This document shows positions 56,982 to 64,000 of a stretch of 64,000 nucleotides of DNA, in pieces. How positions within the stretch are numbered: the first letter of the stretch is position 1; every line of letters starts with the position of its first letter. The translations under genes were made by a program, and so were the position numbers. This stretch comes from Candidatus Helarchaeota archaeon (GTDB taxonomy: Archaea > Asgardarchaeota > Lokiarchaeia > Helarchaeales > RDOG01), in the NCBI GenBank assembly GCA_019058315.1, contig JAHPZH010000001.1, forward strand, positions 64,001-128,000, read 5' to 3'. The notes beneath the pieces are model-generated. The model saw only the letters and a program-made list of their open reading frames with translations. It ran no database searches and had not been told where the DNA came from.

Positions 56982-59900
56982 TTATTTGATATTCTCAAGA
57001 TATCTTAGAAATTCCTCTCTTTCTTTTGGAGATAAACTAGCTAATTCCTTTAGAATTGTTGCTTTTTCAGCGTTATCCGGAATGTTTAATTTTAAAATTC
57101 TTATTACTTCATCTTCAGATAAGAAGGAAATGTCTCGCTTTAAATCAGTTAAATATTTTTCCTTTTTGAGTCTATTTAATAAGAATTCTAAATTAGCAGA
57201 GCTATCTTTTTTATGTTCCATTCGAGGAGCTAAAGAATCTATTTTTTTCTTCTTCTTTGCTAATTTCTGCTTCGATATTTTTTGCTGAGTTGAGGTTTGT
57301 CTTTTTCTTATTACAATAACACCCACAGTGCCAGCTGAGGCTCCTACTATTCCAATTATTATAATTATAATAGTTATTGTATTATTAGGTGGTGGTATCC
57401 AAGGAATCCTAAAAGGACCTTTTATTTTTATTTTTATAATTAATGATTCACCTGTATTATTTGCCTCATCAACTGGAATTATTTCGTACGTATATTTTTT
57501 CTTTGAAGCGTTGAGATCCATATAATACGTTAAAGATGTTATTCCCAAATATTCTCCGTCTCTTCGAATAATATAATTTACAGAATTATTATCTGCCGAT
57601 GGAAACCATGAAATTGTGATATTACCTGATTGGATTATAACGCTTTTATATGTTGGTTTTGTGGGAGGAGTATCATCGAATGTTAAAATTATTGTCGTTA
57701 TATTTTGATTCCCGAATGTATCATTAGCTCTTATCCAAAATTGAACTACTTGATCACTATTGAAACTTGATAAATCAATATCGAAAGAACCAACAAATGA
57801 ATTTGTCCAAGTTAACTGTGTAACATTTGCCCTCCATTCCACAGTTGAAATATCTAGATTATCATCAGTAATAGTCAGATATATAAAGGCTGGCTTATTT
57901 AAGACTGTTTCATTCTGAGGAGAATCTAAGACAATTGAAGGGTTAATACTATCTGTATCCCATGTTGCAATATCCAAAACCCTCGCCGATTCACCAGTTA
58001 TTGTATGTGTGTCATTATAGATAACCATAACAGTATCTCCAACTTGAACCAAGATTATATCTGAAGGATCGTTACTTGAACTCGTACTAAATGTGAAATT
58101 CCCTGTAAATATGCCAGTAGTTGGTCCAGTCTCACCTAACTGAACTATTATGCCAGAATTATCACTAGAACTATTTACATTGACATCAACATAATCATTT
58201 CCACCCGTTGTATCTAGATCTGAATCTATTACTGTTATCATAGCAACTGTTCCTGTTCCGTAATATGCAGTTGAATCCAAAGTTATGGATCCTGTTACTG
58301 TTTCGATCCAGGTTGCTGTATCTACCATTTGTGCTGAAGCACCAGTAACATCATATAAGTCATTATAAATCACCATAATTATGTCCCCATCTTGAGCACG
58401 AATAATATCCAAAAGATCACTACTAAAGTTACTGCTGAATGTGAAATTTCCCATAAATATACCTGTCGTTGAACCAATTTCAGTTAATTGAACATATATT
58501 CCACCCACGTCACTTGAACTATTAACAAGCACTGTTGCATTATCAGGCGAAGCCGATATGTCTAGATCTGAATCATTTAACATTATATTCGCAACAGCAT
58601 CTGTTCCATAGTAAGTTGCTGAATCTAAATTTACGATACCAGTAACTGTCTCAATCCAAATGGCTGTATCATTTAAGCTATCATGAATTACCATGATAGT
58701 ATCACCATCTTGAGCCCAAATAATATCTAAAGGATCGTTGCTTGAAGTAGTGCTAAATGTAAAAGTTCCGCTAAATATAGCTGAATTGACTGCTGTTTCA
58801 AATAATTGAACCATTATACCTGGATTATCACTTGTGCTATTTACAGTTACGTTTACATTTTCAATAATTGTAGAATTCAAATTATAACTACTATCAATAA
58901 CCGTTATAGTTGCTATTGCTGCTGTTCCATAGTAGTATGTTGAATCAAGATCTAAAGTTATAGTCACTGTATCTATCCAGATTGCAGTATCTTTTGGTTG
59001 TGCGAAAGCTCCAGTAATTGTATGTGAATCATTATACATTGACATAATAGTATCACCATCTTGAGCCCAGATTATATCTGCAGCATCATTACTTGAGGTA
59101 TTGTTGAATGTAAAACTTCCAATAAAAATGCCTGTAGTAGCTCCAGTTTCATCTAAACGAACAACAATTCCAGTAGGATCGGAGGTACTATTTACATTCA
59201 CATCTACATAATCCATTGCTCCCGTTACATCCAGATCTGAGTCGACAACTGTTATAGTAGCTATAGCCCCAGATCCAACATAAGTAGGAGAATCTAGATC
59301 TATGGTTCCTGTAACTGTTGCAATCCAAATTGCACTATCTAATGTTTGGGCTGGCATACCTGTTACAGTGTGAGAATCATTATACCTCGTAGTTATTATA
59401 TCACCATCTAGAGCTAAAATTATATCTAAAGGGTCATTACTTGCGGTAGTGCTAAATGTGAAAGTCCCCATAAATACTCCTGTTGTTGGACCTGTTTCAA
59501 TTAATTGGACATTTATACCAACAATATCGCTTGTACTGTAAACATCTACGCCTACGCTATCAGGCGCCCCCGTTATATCTAGATCCGAGTCGCTTACTGC
59601 AATAACAGCAATTGCTGCTGTTCCATAATATTGAACCTCATCTAAAATTATGGTTCCAGTCACCGTCTCAACCCAAGTCGCGGTATCTGTAACATTATCA
59701 TGAATAGCCATAATAGTGTCTCCGTCTTGAGCCCAGATTATATCCGCAGGATCGTTGCTTACTATAGTACTAAATGTAAAAAAGCCTGTAAAATAACTTG
59801 TATTAACTCCAGTTTCAGTTAATTGAACAGAAATACCCGTGATATCAGTTGAACTATTAACACTAACATTTACGATATCAAGAATTGTAGGATTTAAATT

Positions 59901-60464
59901 ATAACTAGTATCAAAAACCGTTATATTAGCGATTGCCGAGACTCCATAATAAGTAGTAGCATCTAATTCTATAGTTTTACTTGCTGATTCTAACCATGTT
60001 GCACTATCGCTTAGACTAACATTGTCATGTGCAACAATAGTATCACCATTTTGAACTAGAATAATACCCAATGTATAATTACTTTCAACTGTGCTAAATG
60101 TAAAATTCCCTATGAATATACTAGTATTATATCCAGTTTCTATTAAATCAATTATGATACCAATAGAATCACTAGAACTATTTACGAATATCCACGCAGT
60201 ATCATTGGCTCCCTCATCAAAATTATATAATTCCTCATTTAGGGTTATGGTAGCAACTGCACTCGTTCCATAATAAACTTCAGCATCTAAATTAAGTGTT
60301 CCCCTAATTTCCATGGTATAACTATCATTTTCATAAGGCATAGAAAGTATTGAACTATTTAAATTACTTGAAGAGATCAAATTTGCAAAACTTATGAAAA
60401 ATATTACTGTTATTGTAAAAGTCAAAGCTATCTTAAGTCTTTTATTTTTCATTTTACTCACCAA
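56982..60464 (-). CDS. Surface glycoprotein: seven ~100-115-aa repeats, Ig/FN3-like stalk, TM, cytoplasmic helical domain
   Basis: Repeat I.LD...YYG..A.A.I.V.D...STSD..GI.V.L.ETG..TG.F.G.FTFST..SND..DII.AQDGDTI; signal peptide; TM ITIIIIIIGIVGASAGTVGVIVI; tail ELASLSPKEREEFL. Confidence 0.88.
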   Translation of the reverse strand: MVSKMKNKRLKIALTFTITVIFFISFANLISSSNLNSSILSMPYENDSYTMEIRGTLNLDAEVYYGTSAVATITLNEELYNFDEGANDTAWIFVNSSSDSIGIIIDLIETGYNTSIFIGNFTFSTVESNYTLGIILVQNGDTIVAHDNVSLSDSATWLESASKTIELDATTYYGVSAIANITVFDTSYNLNPTILDIVNVSVNSSTDITGISVQLTETGVNTSYFTGFFTFSTIVSNDPADIIWAQDGDTIMAIHDNVTDTATWVETVTGTIILDEVQYYGTAAIAVIAVSDSDLDITGAPDSVGVDVYSTSDIVGINVQLIETGPTTGVFMGTFTFSTTASNDPLDIILALDGDIITTRYNDSHTVTGMPAQTLDSAIWIATVTGTIDLDSPTYVGSGAIATITVVDSDLDVTGAMDYVDVNVNSTSDPTGIVVRLDETGATTGIFIGSFTFNNTSSNDAADIIWAQDGDTIMSMYNDSHTITGAFAQPKDTAIWIDTVTITLDLDSTYYYGTAAIATITVIDSSYNLNSTIIENVNVTVNSTSDNPGIMVQLFETAVNSAIFSGTFTFSTTSSNDPLDIIWAQDGDTIMVIHDSLNDTAIWIETVTGIVNLDSATYYGTDAVANIMLNDSDLDISASPDNATVLVNSSSDVGGIYVQLTEIGSTTGIFMGNFTFSSNFSSDLLDIIRAQDGDIIMVIYNDLYDVTGASAQMVDTATWIETVTGSITLDSTAYYGTGTVAMITVIDSDLDTTGGNDYVDVNVNSSSDNSGIIVQLGETGPTTGIFTGNFTFSTSSSNDPSDIILVQVGDTVMVIYNDTHTITGESARVLDIATWDTDSINPSIVLDSPQNETVLNKPAFIYLTITDDNLDISTVEWRANVTQLTWTNSFVGSFDIDLSSFNSDQVVQFWIRANDTFGNQNITTIILTFDDTPPTKPTYKSVIIQSGNITISWFPSADNNSVNYIIRRDGEYLGITSLTYYMDLNASKKKYTYEIIPVDEANNTGESLIIKIKIKGPFRIPWIPPPNNTITIIIIIIGIVGASAGTVGVIVIRKRQTSTQQKISKQKLAKKKKKIDSLAPRMEHKKDSSANLEFLLNRLKKEKYLTDLKRDISFLSEDEVIRILKLNIPDNAEKATILKELASLSPKEREEFLRYLENIK

Positions 60465-60767
60465 AACGAAGATAAGTCATTATCCTATCTTATTACTAAT
60501 TTCCGATTTTTTCTCTTATAAATGCGTTTGGTTCAATATTTCTTTTAAGGAAATAGTATATCTAATTTAAATAATGGTGTTTAAGCCAATTATGGACATA
60601 ATCTATAAAAAAATGTTTAAATTAACTATTTTAAATTAAAATTACATAAATATTAAATTAATCAAATTATTTAATTTCATTTAAAAATGAAAATTCATCA
60701 AATTTTAATTGAAATTAAAAAATATCTAGTTTTGGATATTAAAAAAAATGAACAATGAAAATACTTA

Positions 60768-61526
60768 TTATTTAGTAATTAATCCCCAATCTCCCTTTGA
60801 AATTATGTTATTGTTATTTATACATTTTAGAGTTTCTATTTCTCTGTACTTTTTTATTTTTACTTCTGGAACTTTTAATATTTTTAATATTGGCTCAATT
60901 TTTTCCATTTTTCCAAAATATCTTAGAGTATCTTTTTCTAATGCTCCAAATACTAAATCTAGCGATTGTAGATTAAAAGTAATATTCTCAACAACTTCCG
61001 CCTTTATTTTAGCGTTCTTTGCTAATGTATTTAAATCAATACCAGGCTCTAATAAAATATTTTTTAAAACTCTCAAAAAACTTACATCCCTAAGCATAAA
61101 AATGGATTTAAATAATTCAGGATTAATTTTAAAATTAAAATAGGTTATTTTATTGCTAATTTTATTTTTTCTAATAAAACCAAATTCTTCAAGCATTTCT
61201 AAATGCCAAATAGTTTGATGAATTGATAAATCCAGAGTTCTTTGAATTTCTCTAAAATGAGAGCCAGGGTTACTGGAAATATATTCAAAAATTTTATTCC
61301 TTATTTGATTTTTGAGGGCTGTATCTTTTGTAATTTTAGATCCTTTAACTAATATTCTTTTTGAAAATAGTTGGTAAATGGCTTGACTAATTTCACTATT
61401 ATCATATCTTAAATTCAAAATTGATATAGTATATAATCTTTCAATATTTATTGGACCTATTTTCAATAATTTTTTAGCCAATTTTAAAACTGATCTCTCG
61501 ATTGGTGAAAGGTTCAATTGGCTTAT
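60768..61526 (-). CDS. Winged-helix transcriptional regulator, paralog of 56190-56939
   Basis: IRNKIFEYISSNPGSHFREIQRTLDLS...WHLEMLEEFGFI, ILLEPGIDLNTLAK; probable ATA start at 61526 (track TTG 61517). Confidence 0.85.
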   Translation of the reverse strand: MSQLNLSPIERSVLKLAKKLLKIGPINIERLYTISILNLRYDNSEISQAIYQLFSKRILVKGSKITKDTALKNQIRNKIFEYISSNPGSHFREIQRTLDLSIHQTIWHLEMLEEFGFIRKNKISNKITYFNFKINPELFKSIFMLRDVSFLRVLKNILLEPGIDLNTLAKNAKIKAEVVENITFNLQSLDLVFGALEKDTLRYFGKMEKIEPILKILKVPEVKIKKYREIETLKCINNNNIISKGDWGLITK

Positions 61527-61573
61527 TTTATATTCACCTCAAAATTAATTACGTTTAAAAATTAAAAAAATTT

Positions 61574-64000
61574 TCAATTATCTTGAAAATTTTCGAGTGC
61601 TTCTATTAATTTTCTTCTTTTTTTTGGATTTAAATTTGCTAATTCCTCTAATATTAGTGTTATATCTGAAAAATTAAAAATATTTAATTGTAAAATTCTT
61701 TTTAATTCGTCATTAGATACTACAGTAATTTCTTGCTTGAAATTATCTAAATAATTTTCTTCTTTAAGATTTTTAAATAAACTATTAAGAGCAGCAACAT
61801 TATCCGTCCCAAATTTTGTTCGAGGAATTAATAAACTCATTCCTTTCTTTCCTTTTTTTCTTTTATCCAACTTTAACTTTTTTCCTTTTGTTGGAATGAT
61901 ATTTCGTCTTTTTCGTATTATTAAAACACTTGAACCACAAACAGCGCTTCCTACTATCCCTAAGATTATTATTATGATAATTTTACCATTGTCTGGAGGA
62001 GGAAACAGAAATGGGGGGAGCTTAATTGGACCAATAATTCTGAATTTAATTATTAGTGCCTCACCTGTATTATTTGCTTCATCGACTGGAATTATTTCAT
62101 ATTTATATTTTCCATGGCTTAAATTCTCAAGTTCTCTATAATAATTTAAAGTTGTATTTCCCAAGTATAGACCATTTCTCCAAATTTGGTAAAATACAAC
62201 ATTATTATCTGAAGAGGCAGTCCATGAGAGAGTAATATTACCTTGCTGAATTGTTATTGCTGGATTCGTAGGTTTAGTTGGAGAAGTATCATCAAATGTT
62301 AAAATAATAGTTATTGAACTCTGAGTTCCGACTATATCACTTGCTCTTATCCAAAATTGAATTACTTGGTCACTTGTAAAACTTGATAAACCAATATCAT
62401 AAGAACCAATAAAAGAATTAGTCCAGCTGGTTTGGGTTACATTTGCTTTCCATTCTACAGAAGAAGAGTTCAAATTATCATCAGTTATAGTCAGATTAAT
62501 ATAAGCAGGTTTATTTATTACTGTTGCGTTCATAGGTGAGTTCAAGATAATTGAAGGTGCTGTATTATTAATTGCAGAAATAATACCTACATTAAGCAAC
62601 AAATCTGTTTTATATCTTCTATATTCAAGTTTTGCTCTTTCAAGATCTGAAACATTATCAAACATATCATAAATAAATCTAAAATTATAAGGTTCCGTAG
62701 CTAGTAGATCCCCTTCACTAGCCGTGATGCCACCACCACACACTCCCAGTTCAGTATAAGATGATATGTCATTATAATACATATAAGGTGTAGTTCCAAA
62801 TGAAGAAAGAGGATCAACAAATTCTTTTCTTGGTAAATAAGCCCAAAATCCTCCATGTGTCTGCGAAGCAACCATAACATAATCTGGAAGTCCCTCATTA
62901 GAAGCAGGCGGAACTTGACCTGGATCTAATGTCGGGTTTCCTCCGTTTTGTAAATCATCATCTGTGTCACTACCATTAAAATATAGATATTTTTCATTAC
63001 TAATTGTATAATTGGGATTGGCATCTCCAGGAGTATATCCAGGATAACCTCCGGGATTACCACCAAGAACTGCAGAAAAATCGTCTCTTATGGAAGAATT
63101 AATTCTGATAGTCTCTAAATAAAGACATATAGGGTCATAAGTGACACTAAGACCTACTTCGGGAAGATCTATTTCTATTTTGGTTTCACTTGTTTGTTCC
63201 ATATTATTATAAAAATGATTCTCCAGCGTAGCGTGAATGTATACATCTACATCTACCGAAAAAACGGTCAAACCAACATGTATATATGTCTGTTTCAATA
63301 AAATAACACGGATAGGACCATTCTTAATTGCCAATCGGTCGCCTTCTGTATCCCAACCAACCCAACCTCGGGTATTTGAAGGATCTGGCGAAGATAGTTG
63401 AATAGCTTCTTCATTTGGATTATCTATTCCACATGCTGTACCATTGTAATATATTCCAGACCAATTGCCATGTGTCATCAAATCCAAATGAAATGTTCCA
63501 AAAATGGGAATATTAATCTGAACTGACCCAAAGCTTTTCGAACCTTCTTCTAATATATCCATTCCATCAGAACTTGGAGATAATATTCTTAATAAATTCC
63601 GAATATCTGGATCATAAGCATCAAAACTTGTTTGATAAGTTTGAGTAGTTATAGTCAAATTGGATGGATCCCAATTCACATAACTTTCATATAGGGGTAT
63701 CCCTTGGCCGGTTTCATTATTATAATAAATATACATAAATGATTGCCCTCCATCAACAGGATCGGTTATGTTAATATTTATTCTATAAGGAAAATTCGAT
63801 TCATTCCACCAAACTGTAGATGGAACCCATTTCCCATTTTCTGCATAAAAACAAATTTCATCATCATAATCTATAGCATATGGTATTTGAAGTCCAGTAT
63901 CTCTACCATATGGATCAGTCGGTTCATAATTATTTGAACCATTTTGAGAAACATAAGTATAAGAATAATTAAGTATAGGTCCATTTTGCCATGTTAAAAT
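61574..64000 (-). CDS. Surface glycoprotein, 5' end outside the window; shares stalk/TM/tail with 56982-60464
   Basis: Frame stays open from 63736 to the window edge (includes WWNESNFPYRININIT); C-terminal PSIILNSP.N.TV.NKPA.I.LTITDDNL...IIPVDEANNTGE, TM, ELANLNPKKR. Confidence 0.85.
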   Translation of the reverse strand: MLTWQNGPILNYSYTYVSQNGSNNYEPTDPYGRDTGLQIPYAIDYDDEICFYAENGKWVPSTVWWNESNFPYRININITDPVDGGQSFMYIYYNNETGQGIPLYESYVNWDPSNLTITTQTYQTSFDAYDPDIRNLLRILSPSSDGMDILEEGSKSFGSVQINIPIFGTFHLDLMTHGNWSGIYYNGTACGIDNPNEEAIQLSSPDPSNTRGWVGWDTEGDRLAIKNGPIRVILLKQTYIHVGLTVFSVDVDVYIHATLENHFYNNMEQTSETKIEIDLPEVGLSVTYDPICLYLETIRINSSIRDDFSAVLGGNPGGYPGYTPGDANPNYTISNEKYLYFNGSDTDDDLQNGGNPTLDPGQVPPASNEGLPDYVMVASQTHGGFWAYLPRKEFVDPLSSFGTTPYMYYNDISSYTELGVCGGGITASEGDLLATEPYNFRFIYDMFDNVSDLERAKLEYRRYKTDLLLNVGIISAINNTAPSIILNSPMNATVINKPAYINLTITDDNLNSSSVEWKANVTQTSWTNSFIGSYDIGLSSFTSDQVIQFWIRASDIVGTQSSITIILTFDDTSPTKPTNPAITIQQGNITLSWTASSDNNVVFYQIWRNGLYLGNTTLNYYRELENLSHGKYKYEIIPVDEANNTGEALIIKFRIIGPIKLPPFLFPPPDNGKIIIIIILGIVGSAVCGSSVLIIRKRRNIIPTKGKKLKLDKRKKGKKGMSLLIPRTKFGTDNVAALNSLFKNLKEENYLDNFKQEITVVSNDELKRILQLNIFNFSDITLILEELANLNPKKRRKLIEALENFQDN

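Noticed and set aside
415-63937. Many short ORFs in the track that overlap or lie antisense to longer genes (e.g. 415-666, 2402-2608, 29602-29952, 43190-43546, 60748-61143)
   Set aside because: They are shadows of well-supported genes and have no recognisable motifs

Overview
Very AT-rich archaeal DNA, most consistent with an Asgard archaeon (Lokiarchaeia/Helarchaeales-like). This is inferred from co-occurring Wood-Ljungdahl genes (cdhA, fwdC), a corrinoid/methyltransferase pair, an AtwA-like ATPase, a Rag-like GTPase, longin-like domains and ubiquitin-system genes. I saw no rRNA, tRNA, CRISPR array or transposase. Three loci stand out. (1) 48.8-54.8 kb: an operon of two radical SAM/SPASM enzymes, an SCP2 lipid carrier, an NphB/CloQ-type ABBA aromatic prenyltransferase and a U32 (UbiU/V-like) Fe-S protein. 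All four enzymes carry the same ~75-aa helical domain (PCP_red/DUF2621-like) at one terminus, which suggests a docked, O2-independent pathway for a prenylated aromatic. (2) 36.9-43.1 kb: a non-canonical ubiquitin-like system comprising a Ubl ending PIGG-H, a Ubl-GG-E2 fusion, a free E2, a JAB protease and an E1 with its own Ubl-like N-terminal domain. In both E2-fold domains HPN is replaced by D-x-C and the canonical catalytic Cys by His. (3) 56.2-64 kb: a duplicated cassette of a surface glycoprotein (variable ectodomain, conserved stalk/TM/tail) followed by a cognate winged-helix regulator. Also seen: tandem single-pass receptor-like proteins with cytoplasmic longin-like domains, several probable ATT/ATA start codons, a missed ORF, an internally deleted pseudogene and shared operator-like motifs around the cdhA/DUF134 region. 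All family assignments come from motif recognition by eye, not database searches.
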